From the NCBI GenBank assembly GCA_964519305.1, contig CAZFHY010000019.1, positions 7,351 to 71,350 on the forward strand: 64,000 nucleotides of DNA. Reading direction: 5' to 3'. The translations under genes and the position numbers were made by a program. This DNA is from Candidatus Undinarchaeota archaeon. Lineage in GTDB: Archaea; SpSt-1190; JASMDC01. The notes under the pieces are model-generated. The model was not told the origin of the DNA. It saw only the letters and a program-made list of their open reading frames with translations, and did no database searches. Positions 27,094 to 34,748 of this stretch are shown in pieces. How positions within the stretch are numbered: the stretch's first letter is position 1; the number at the start of each line of letters is the position of its first letter.

Positions 27094-27136
27094 TGTAGGA
27101 ATCAGAACAAATCCTGTTATTGGAGGACACGGTATA

Positions 27137-27571
27137 ATGACCGATGATGCGATAGAACGTGGTGTGAGACTTCTCAGGGACCATGGATTGAAGGTGACAC
27201 CACAGAGGCTCGAGATACTTCGCTACCTTGAGGAACATTGCATTCATCCTACTGCGGACGAGATCTACAATGCCCTGAAGGAACGCAATCCTTCTCTCTC
27301 GAAGACGACCGTTTACAATACACTTGAGACTATGCACAAGCAGAAGCTCGTCGATGTGCTGATGATATCGGAGTCCGAACGCCGATACGACCTCGCACAT
27401 GGCTCACACCATCATTTCATGTGCCATGTGTGCGGTAGGATCCTCGACATCGATATCGCATGCCCACACTGCAACCGGATCATCAACGGTGAGCACCAGG
27501 TCGACGAGGTCCACGGTTACTTCAAAGGTGTCTGCAGCGAGTGCTTGACCAAGGAAGAAAAAAGACAATAA
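27137..27571 (+). CDS. Fur-family regulator, PerR-like
   Basis: DNA-binding wHTH. HHHF regulatory His cluster. Structural Zn site CHVCG...CPHCN. GGAGG SD. Confidence 0.8.
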   Translation: MTDDAIERGVRLLRDHGLKVTPQRLEILRYLEEHCIHPTADEIYNALKERNPSLSKTTVYNTLETMHKQKLVDVLMISESERRYDLAHGSHHHFMCHVCGRILDIDIACPHCNRIINGEHQVDEVHGYFKGVCSECLTKEEKRQ

Positions 27572-27585
27572 AGGGGAAATGAACC

Positions 27586-28764
27586 ATGGAGACCACCGAG
27601 ATCAAACCAGGAGTATACTGGGTCGGCGCCATCGACTGGGACATCAGGAACTTCCACGGATACCTGACCCAGCGGGGGACCACCTACAACGCTTACCTAA
27701 TCATTGACGAGAAGGTCGTGCTGGTCGACACGGTCAAGGCCCACCTGGCCGATGAGATGCTCGCGCGTATCCGTGCGATCATCGATCCGACCAAAATCGA
27801 CTACATAGTATCCAATCACGTAGAGATGGACCACTCCGGCTCCATCTCGGCCGTACTGGAGCACGCTCCGGGCGCGAAGGTCATCACCTCGGTCATGGGT
27901 GCCAAAGGCCTCAAGCGACACTATAAGACCGACTGGGACCTCAAGGTCGTCAAGAGCGGCGACACCCTTTCTATCGGGAAGCGGACCCTCGCCTTCGTCC
28001 ACGTCCCCATGGTCCACTGGCCGGACTCCATGGTCACCTACATCCCCGAGGACCGTCTCCTGCTCCCCAACGACGGGTTCGGTCAGCATATCGCCTCGAG
28101 TGAAAGGTTCGATGACGAGCTCGACTGGGGTATCCTGCAGGAAGAGGCGGCCAAGTACTACGCGAACATCGTCCTTCTCTTCGGCGCCAACGTCCAGAAG
28201 GCCATGGAGGCCCTTGGCGGGCTCGATATCGACATGATAGCACCGAGCCATGGTATAATCTGGCGCTCACACATTCCCGACATCCTCGCAGAGTACCAGA
28301 AATGGTCGACCCATGTCACTGAAGAATGCGCGGTCGTCGTGTACGACTCAATGTGGGGCTCGACCCAGAGGATGGCGCACGCTCTCGGGGACGGGCTTCG
28401 CGAGACAGGAGTACATGTCCACCTCCACAATCTCAAACACACCCACATATCCGATGTGATGACCAATGTCCTCACCGCAAAGTTGGTCTGCATCGGCTCA
28501 CCCACGCTCAACAATGGCATACTCCCTACAGTGGGGGCGTTCCTCACCTATGTGAAGGGTCTTCGTCCTGAGAAACGGTTAGGGTTCGCCTTCGGCTCCT
28601 ATGGCTGGGGCGGTCAGGCCGTCAAGGAGATCGAGTCCATCATGGACGGGCTCAAATGGGAGCGGCCCGAGAACGGGATCCGTATCGCGTACATCCCTGA
28701 CGAGGATGAGCTGGACGCGGTGCGGGAGACCGGCCGAGCCCTCGGAAAACAGCTAAGAAAATGA
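27586..28764 (+). CDS. Flavodiiron protein (FprA-type O2/NO reductase)
   Basis: Metallo-beta-lactamase-like diiron domain (HVEMDHSG) plus a C-terminal flavodoxin domain. Confidence 0.9.
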   Translation: METTEIKPGVYWVGAIDWDIRNFHGYLTQRGTTYNAYLIIDEKVVLVDTVKAHLADEMLARIRAIIDPTKIDYIVSNHVEMDHSGSISAVLEHAPGAKVITSVMGAKGLKRHYKTDWDLKVVKSGDTLSIGKRTLAFVHVPMVHWPDSMVTYIPEDRLLLPNDGFGQHIASSERFDDELDWGILQEEAAKYYANIVLLFGANVQKAMEALGGLDIDMIAPSHGIIWRSHIPDILAEYQKWSTHVTEECAVVVYDSMWGSTQRMAHALGDGLRETGVHVHLHNLKHTHISDVMTNVLTAKLVCIGSPTLNNGILPTVGAFLTYVKGLRPEKRLGFAFGSYGWGGQAVKEIESIMDGLKWERPENGIRIAYIPDEDELDAVRETGRALGKQLRK

Positions 28765-28792
28765 TGTAAGATAATGTTTAGGAGGAATCGAT

Positions 28793-29029
28793 ATGACTGA
28801 CATAACCGTGTACTCAACGCCGACCTGCCCCTATTGCAAGATGGTCAAGGAGTTCCTGAACGAGAAAGGGGTAGAGTTCAAGGAGATCGATGTATCGACC
28901 GATCGCGATGCTGTCAAGACGATGGTCGAGAAGTCAGGCCAGATGGGAGTACCCCAGATCGAGATCAACGACAAGATCATCGTGGGATTCAACAAAGAAG
29001 CACTAGAGAGGGAACTTGAGAGTGAATGA
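28793..29029 (+). CDS. Glutaredoxin-like protein
   Basis: 78 aa. CPYC active site and a thioredoxin fold. Confidence 0.8.
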   Translation: MTDITVYSTPTCPYCKMVKEFLNEKGVEFKEIDVSTDRDAVKTMVEKSGQMGVPQIEINDKIIVGFNKEALERELESE

Positions 29030-29942
29030 CGTAATCATCGTGGGCGCTGGTCCCGCCGGGATAACCGCGGCCGTGTACGCCGCTCGGAAGAGGATGAGAA
29101 CGCTGGTCCTCACCAAGAACATCGGTGGACAAGCAGCCCTCTCAGGAGAGGTCGAGAACTACACCGGCTTCCAGTTGATCACCGGGATGGAGCTGGCCCA
29201 GAAGTTCGAGGAGCAGCTCAAGGGCTTCGATGTCGAGGTCCGGACCGACGTGGAAGCGTCATGCATCACGAAGAAGGGCGACCATCTCCTGGTCAATACG
29301 CCCTCCGGCGAGCTTGCGGCCCGTACCGTGATCCTCGCCACGGGGCGCCGTCCCCGGGAGCTCAATGTACCAGGCGAGCAGGAGTTCCGCAACCGGGGCG
29401 TGACCTGGTGCGCCACATGCGATGCGCCCCTGTTCAGTGGCATGGACGTCGCGGTCATCGGTGGAGGGAACTCCGCCATGGATGCTGCGCTCCAGCTGGA
29501 CGCGATCGCGAACAAGGTATACCTGGTCAACAAGAACGACGACCTTGCGGGTGACGAGATCATGAAGGAGAAGCTATTAGCCTCCGAGAAGGTCGAGCTC
29601 ATCAATCTGGCTGAGACGAAGGAGATCATCGGTGATACCTTCGTGACCAATCTCAGGATCCTCGTGGACGGCGAGGAGCGCCTGTTGGCGGTCGGGGGCG
29701 TGTTCATCGAGATCGGCTCCGTGCCCGTCAACGCTCCGGCCTGCGAAGCCGAGAAGAACGAGTGGGGTGAGGTCATCGTCAACGAGCGGTGCGAGACCAA
29801 CGTCCCCGGACTGTTCGCCGCAGGTGATGTCACGAACATACCGGAGAAACAGATAATCGCGGCCGCCGGTCAGGGATGTATCGCTCTACTGTCCGCGTTC
29901 AAGTACCTATCGACGCATCAATTCGAAAACGGAAAGAAATGA
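29022..29942 (+). CDS. trxB: Thioredoxin-disulfide reductase
   Basis: FAD motif GAGPAG. Redox CATCDAP. NADPH motif GGGNSAMD. Start ambiguous (TTG at 29016 or GTG at 29022); overlaps the glutaredoxin stop. Confidence 0.85.
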   Translation: MNDVIIVGAGPAGITAAVYAARKRMRTLVLTKNIGGQAALSGEVENYTGFQLITGMELAQKFEEQLKGFDVEVRTDVEASCITKKGDHLLVNTPSGELAARTVILATGRRPRELNVPGEQEFRNRGVTWCATCDAPLFSGMDVAVIGGGNSAMDAALQLDAIANKVYLVNKNDDLAGDEIMKEKLLASEKVELINLAETKEIIGDTFVTNLRILVDGEERLLAVGGVFIEIGSVPVNAPACEAEKNEWGEVIVNERCETNVPGLFAAGDVTNIPEKQIIAAAGQGCIALLSAFKYLSTHQFENGKK

Positions 29943-29966
29943 GATATGAATGACGGAGTGCTCAAA

Positions 29967-30476
29967 ATGTTATCAGAAAGGATGCAAGAGGCCTTGAATA
30001 AGCAGGTGAACGCAGAGCTATACTCCTCGTACCTGTACCTGTCCATGTCGGCCTACTTCTCAGCCAAGAACCTACCGGGATTCGCCAGCTGGATGAAATG
30101 TCAGGCACAGGAAGAGGTCGTGCATGCCATGAAGATACACAAGCATGTGCTCGGGCGGGGCGGGAGAGCGATCCTTTTACCAATCGAAGGACCACCCACT
30201 GAGTGGGAATCACCTCGTGCCGTGTTCGAAGCGACCTATTCACACGAGCAGAAGGTCACGGGGCTCATCAACGGTCTCGTCGACCGGGCAAAAGAGGAAA
30301 ATGATCCCACAACGGTGGACTTTCTCCAGTGGTTCGTCGAGGAACAGGAAGAGGAAGAGGAATCCGCCAGTGGGGTGCTCGAGAAGGTTAAGCTCGCAGG
30401 GGACGATGCAGGCCTGCTCATGCTCGACCAGGAGTTGGCCAAGCGGGGTTTCACGCTCCCAGCGACCAAGGACTAG
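29967..30476 (+). CDS. Ferritin (non-heme, Ftn-type)
   Basis: Ferroxidase-centre Glu/His pattern (ELYSSYLY, QEEVVHAMK, EQK). Start at MLSERM with a GGAG SD; the upstream in-frame ATG is less likely. Confidence 0.85.
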   Translation: MLSERMQEALNKQVNAELYSSYLYLSMSAYFSAKNLPGFASWMKCQAQEEVVHAMKIHKHVLGRGGRAILLPIEGPPTEWESPRAVFEATYSHEQKVTGLINGLVDRAKEENDPTTVDFLQWFVEEQEEEEESASGVLEKVKLAGDDAGLLMLDQELAKRGFTLPATKD

Positions 30477-30493
30477 AAATGAGGTGAGTTACC

Positions 30494-30928
30494 ATGAATG
30501 ACGAAATTGCCATTTGGGAAATGATGACCAAGGACCATGCCATGATCGAGGGGCTCCTCAACGGCTTGAGAGTGTCCTTCGGGAAGGGTCCTGAGGAGAT
30601 CAAGGAAGCGTTCGAGAGGTTCCAGTGGAAGCTAGAGCTGCACTTCTTCACAGAGGAGCGTGCAATATTCACGATCCTCAGGAAAAAGGGTGACAAGACC
30701 TCGGAAATGCTCGACGACATACTCCAGGAGCACGAGGTCATCCTCGGGATGCTCGGGGATCTGGGTGCGGACATCGCCGCGGACAATCCCGTGGACATCT
30801 CGCAGTTCGTGGCCAAGCTGGTCAAGCACCGGACGTTCGAGGACGATGTGCTCTACCCCGCGCTGGATAAGGAGCTTTCGAGCACGCAGAAGGAGTTCAT
30901 AGCCCGTCGCATCAGAACCCTCCCGTGA
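30494..30928 (+). CDS. Hemerythrin HHE cation-binding domain protein
   Basis: 144 aa. A His/Glu/Asp ladder typical of hemerythrin-like four-helix bundles (HAMIEG, HFFTEE, HEVILG, HRTFEDD). Confidence 0.7.
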   Translation: MNDEIAIWEMMTKDHAMIEGLLNGLRVSFGKGPEEIKEAFERFQWKLELHFFTEERAIFTILRKKGDKTSEMLDDILQEHEVILGMLGDLGADIAADNPVDISQFVAKLVKHRTFEDDVLYPALDKELSSTQKEFIARRIRTLP

Positions 30929-30934
30929 ACGGAG

Positions 30935-31249
30935 ATGAGCAACTTGGACGACCCTGATGAAGAGCATCCGAAGGAAGAAGAGGGGCCGGCTAACAGTCCC
31001 CAGGTAGTGCTATCTGACGATGCACCTACCTGTGCTACTCCCAGTTGTCCCCTCTGTCGTCGGGACACCTTGTTCTTCATAATCCTTGGTTTCGCTCTCG
31101 TGATGACCGGCCAGAAGGACCTTATGCTAGCGGGGTATGTGATCATACTGGCAGCATATGCTCTGGCGTTCCTGGGCATCAATCTTCCCGATCCATTCCG
31201 GGCACAGACGCAGGTCGCTACTTCGGATGGACCGGAGGCGGATGAATGA
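30935..31249 (+). CDS. Small membrane protein with an N-terminal acidic region and a CxxxxC-x2-C motif
   Basis: 104 aa. CATPSCPLC followed by two TM helices. Embedded in the redox operon. Confidence 0.45.
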   Translation: MSNLDDPDEEHPKEEEGPANSPQVVLSDDAPTCATPSCPLCRRDTLFFIILGFALVMTGQKDLMLAGYVIILAAYALAFLGINLPDPFRAQTQVATSDGPEADE

Positions 31250-31329
31250 CCAAGGACGTGTTCACGTTCCTCGTCGGTGGAAAGATGAGCGAGTACAAGT
31301 AAAGACATTTAGAACTCACAGGAGATGAA

Positions 31330-31494
31330 ATGACCATGCAGAAGTTCCAGTGTACAGTGTGCGGTTATGTATACGATCCCGAGCAGGGCGATCCGGAGAA
31401 CGACGTAGAGCCGGGAACGGTCTTTGAGGACCTCCCCAACGACTGGGTGTGCCCCGTTTGTGGTGTGGAGAAGGACCAGTTCGAGCCGTTATAG
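31330..31494 (+). CDS. Rubredoxin
   Basis: 54 aa, [20 protein letters not shown]...[14 protein letters not shown]. Two CxxCG knuckles. GGAG SD. Not in the ORF track because it is shorter than 60 aa. Confidence 0.85.
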   Translation: MTMQKFQCTVCGYVYDPEQGDPENDVEPGTVFEDLPNDWVCPVCGVEKDQFEPL

Positions 31495-31517
31495 GCTCCG
31501 GTCTAAGGAGCGTTCCC

Positions 31518-31763
31518 ATGACGGACGACGAAATAACTCCTGCCAAGGAGCTGGACTGCGTGGGGCTCTATTGTCCTATGCCCATCGCCCAGACAAAGGA
31601 GGCCATAGAGACCGTCGGAGTTGGCGAAGTGCTGATGGTGGAGGCCGACGATCCAGCTGCAGAGGAGGACATCACACGCTGGGCGAAACGTACCGGTCAC
31701 GAACTGTTGAAGTTCGAGCGTGCTGGCTCGATAATGACCTTCTACATCAAGCGTACGAAGTGA
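31518..31763 (+). CDS. TusA-like sulfurtransferase
   Basis: 81 aa. CPxP active-site motif (LDCVGLYCPMPI). AGGAG SD. The ORF-track N-terminal extension was rejected. Confidence 0.75.
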   Translation: MTDDEITPAKELDCVGLYCPMPIAQTKEAIETVGVGEVLMVEADDPAAEEDITRWAKRTGHELLKFERAGSIMTFYIKRTK

Positions 31764-31824
31764 CCGGAGGACACAGCTTACGCTAGGACCGGTGATTCGC
31801 CGGAAGAGGGAGTCTTATCTACTC

Positions 31825-32289
31825 CTATTCCCAGGTCATGACGCGTTCATAGTGGTTGTAGTACCCGTTATGGGTTTCCTCGAGTTCTATGAGCTCTGCT
31901 TTGACCTTGTGTTCCTTGATAACTCCCTTGGTCGCGAAGTACGACTTCGTGGACTCGATAGGGTGGAGGATGGAACCGAAGTGCGTCTTGTCCGGAGTGC
32001 CATAGCCCATGTCCTTGATGGCCACGATGCACTCTTCCAGAGCTTCCTTGTCTCCGCCGAACTGAACGCGAGCTCCCTCGGTGAAGGTGCGGAGGTTGTA
32101 GACGCCGCCGTGTTCGCCGTAGTGCTCCAATGATGCGTTCCACTCGGGGTGGTCCGAGAAGAGTCCCGCAACGTCGGCCTCGAAGGTGTCCTCGGGCCGC
32201 TTGTCGTACACGGTGTTGTAGTCGTACAGGCCGACCATGGTGTACCCGCGGTCATGCTCCCTCTCGATATAGTCGAACTCGATATCCAT
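31825..32289 (-). CDS. Hypothetical protein (154 aa)
   Basis: Start chosen at the internal MDIEFDYIE, upstream of which lies an AT-rich promoter. No family recognised. Confidence 0.4.
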   Translation of the reverse strand: MDIEFDYIEREHDRGYTMVGLYDYNTVYDKRPEDTFEADVAGLFSDHPEWNASLEHYGEHGGVYNLRTFTEGARVQFGGDKEALEECIVAIKDMGYGTPDKTHFGSILHPIESTKSYFATKGVIKEHKVKAELIELEETHNGYYNHYERVMTWE

Positions 32290-32479
32290 GATTATTACCA
32301 AGCCGGCATGCCTGTTATGGAGTATAAATACGTTTCGTATATATTTTCTGGACAGGGTCAATATTCCAGGTGACCGGATGCTGACATCCCAGGATGGTCG
32401 ATTCGTGGATTGTCCGAAATTTTCTTGGCGAGCGTCATGATTAGGTTTATAATTCTTGTACAAGGGATGTCTGATAGAG

Positions 32480-32722
32480 GTGGAAACCATCGACGAGTAC
32501 GAGCTCCTCAAACGGATGCATAACTACGGAGTGGTCAGCAGGCATAATGCCAAGACGGTGCAGGAACTCGTCGGTATGATGAACCTAGATGAGGAGGAGA
32601 TCAAGGGACTTCTCGAGCGACTCATCGAATTCAGCTACGTCCATACCATATCCTCTGATGACGTAGCACGGTATTACGTGACAGGTCCGGGAATCATCAC
32701 CGTGTGTTCATTCTTTACCTGA
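32480..32722 (+). CDS. Small hypothetical protein, possible winged-helix
   Basis: Start uncertain (TTG 32456, GTG 32480 or ATG 32516). Helical ~80 aa. Low confidence. Confidence 0.3.
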   Translation: METIDEYELLKRMHNYGVVSRHNAKTVQELVGMMNLDEEEIKGLLERLIEFSYVHTISSDDVARYYVTGPGIITVCSFFT

Positions 32723-32735
32723 GGGCGGAGAGACC

Positions 32736-33371
32736 ATGCAGACGAACATCGAACGTGCGCTCGTGCTCACCTGGGAGTACCCTCCCAAAGTCGTCGGTTC
32801 CATCGCCCCACATTGCGAATCGCTAGCCCGGGGTCTGGCCAGGAAGAAGGTGGCCGTTGACGTGGTGACCTTTGATCACTGGGCAGAGGGTATCACCAAG
32901 GGAACGGGTAAGGACCGGGGTATCACAGTCCATCGCGCAGCCAATCCCATCTCACCATGTACCAGTACGCTCACATGGGCGCTCACCGCGGGCGTCGAGC
33001 TCGAACGACTCGCAGCCGACGTGATCCACTCCGTCAAGGGCAAGGTGGACATAATCCATGCTCACGACTGGGCGTCCATCCCCGCAGCTGTGGCCTTACG
33101 CCACGAGTTCGAGGTCCCGATGGTGCTCACGCTTCATTCCACAGAGACGCATCGCAGCGGGAAGGTGTTCACTCCGTACCTCGACGCGATCCGTAAGATC
33201 GAGTGGCAGGGGACCTTCGAGGCCGAGACGGTCATCGTCGACACCGAGCAGATGCGCGAGGAAGTGGTCGAGGAGTACCAGATACCCGAACGCAAGGTGC
33301 ACGTTGTCGAGCCGGGGAAGCGTGGTTGGATCAATGTCCTACTGAAGCAGTACCGGGAGGCCATGCCATGA
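32736..33371 (+). CDS. Standalone GT4 glycosyltransferase N-terminal domain (no catalytic C-domain)
   Basis: Paralogous to the N-half of the downstream GT4 (WEYPPKVVGSIAPH / VDIIHAHDW / LTLHSTE). Ends at 211 aa without the E-x7-E domain. ATGA overlap with the next gene. Confidence 0.65.
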   Translation: MQTNIERALVLTWEYPPKVVGSIAPHCESLARGLARKKVAVDVVTFDHWAEGITKGTGKDRGITVHRAANPISPCTSTLTWALTAGVELERLAADVIHSVKGKVDIIHAHDWASIPAAVALRHEFEVPMVLTLHSTETHRSGKVFTPYLDAIRKIEWQGTFEAETVIVDTEQMREEVVEEYQIPERKVHVVEPGKRGWINVLLKQYREAMP

Positions 33372-34648
33372 GCCCTGCGAAGAAGGCCGCGCCCAAGCAG
33401 CAGAAGACGGCGAAGAAGCGGGACCGGCCTCTTACTGTGCTCCATCTCTGCTGGGAGTACCCTCCCCGGAGCGTTGGCGGGCTCGCGGCCCACGTGCACG
33501 ATCTTTCACGTGCACTGGTAAAGAAGGACATCGAGGTCCATGTGGTCACCTGCGGATTCCCCGGGACTAAGGACTACGAGCATTACGAGAACGTCCACGT
33601 TCACCGGTTCGATGCTTACACAATCCCGTCCGAGGACTTCCTTGGGTGGGCCTTACAGATGAACCTCTACAAGCGGATGAAGGCGGCCGATGTCATCCAT
33701 AACCTCGATGGCGAGGTGGATATCATCCACGCGCATGACTGGCTCTCAGGACCCGCTGCCATCGCGCTCAAGAACGCCTTCCGCATCCCCCTTGTATCGA
33801 CCATCCACGCCACCGAGCACGGCCGGCGGCAGGGGATCCATGATCCCTTCCAGCAGATGATTCACGACATCGAGGGCTGGCTCTCATACAACTCCTGGCG
33901 CGTCATCGTGTGCTCGAAGTACATGGAGGACGAAGTATCTACGGTGTTCGGTCAGCCTCGTGAGAAGCTCGACATAATCCCCAACGGCGTTGACTACAAG
34001 AAGTTCGACCTTGAGTTCGACGCCCACGCCATCAAATCCCAGTTCGCTATGCCCCATGAGCGTATCGTGCTCTATGTGGGACGCATGGTGCACGAGAAGG
34101 GTCTCGGCGTGCTCGTTGGATCGATCCCGCGGGTGCTTGAGTCCTGCCCTGACGCGAAGTTCGTGCTAGTGGGCAGCGGTTACATGAAGAGCCGTGTCAA
34201 ACAGCTCGCCTGGGACATGGGCGTGGGTGATAAGACCCTCATCCCCGGCTATCTGGACGAGGAGGTCCTACTAGGCCTGTACAATATCGCTGACGTGGCG
34301 GTGTTCCCGTCCTTGTACGAACCTTTCGGTATCGTGGCCTTGGAAGGAATGGCGGCTAGGACCCCGACCGTGGTGACCGACACCGGCGGGCTCGGGGAGA
34401 TAGTCGATCACGACGAGACGGGCGTGAAGGTCTGGGTTGACAACTCGGAATCCCTGGCCTGGGGCATCTCTCACGTGCTCAATGATTCGGCGCTCTCCAA
34501 GAAGCTCGGAAAGCAAGGGCGTCACAAGGTAGAGACTGTCTACAACTGGGAGGTCATCGCCGACCAGACAATCGACGTGTACCGTCGGGTTATGGCCGAT
34601 TACACGAAGGGGCGCTGGAAACCCGGGTTCAAGCCGGGTGTACGGTAA
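33368..34648 (+). CDS. GT4-family glycosyltransferase (full length)
   Basis: N-domain WEYPP...HAHDW. C-domain EPFGIVALEGMA (E-x7-E). Confidence 0.85.
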   Translation: MSPAKKAAPKQQKTAKKRDRPLTVLHLCWEYPPRSVGGLAAHVHDLSRALVKKDIEVHVVTCGFPGTKDYEHYENVHVHRFDAYTIPSEDFLGWALQMNLYKRMKAADVIHNLDGEVDIIHAHDWLSGPAAIALKNAFRIPLVSTIHATEHGRRQGIHDPFQQMIHDIEGWLSYNSWRVIVCSKYMEDEVSTVFGQPREKLDIIPNGVDYKKFDLEFDAHAIKSQFAMPHERIVLYVGRMVHEKGLGVLVGSIPRVLESCPDAKFVLVGSGYMKSRVKQLAWDMGVGDKTLIPGYLDEEVLLGLYNIADVAVFPSLYEPFGIVALEGMAARTPTVVTDTGGLGEIVDHDETGVKVWVDNSESLAWGISHVLNDSALSKKLGKQGRHKVETVYNWEVIADQTIDVYRRVMADYTKGRWKPGFKPGVR

Positions 34649-34748
34649 GGCCTAGACCTTAGTACAATAATCCTTGAACTTAGTTCGAACTCTGTCGGAT
34701 AAAAAGGGAGGGGCGCCCGAAGGCGCCCCCGGTATTCTATCGACGACC

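Noticed and set aside
29946-29966. Upstream in-frame ATG for ferritin (MNDGVLK-)
   Set aside because: The second ATG has a GGAG SD at optimal spacing and yields the canonical ferritin N-terminus MLSERM... The longer form remains possible.
31449-31517. N-terminal extension of the TusA-like ORF ([14 protein letters not shown]...)
   Set aside because: An internal ATG at 31518 has a perfect AGGAG SD and gives a canonical 81-aa TusA. The extension would overlap the rubredoxin 3' region.
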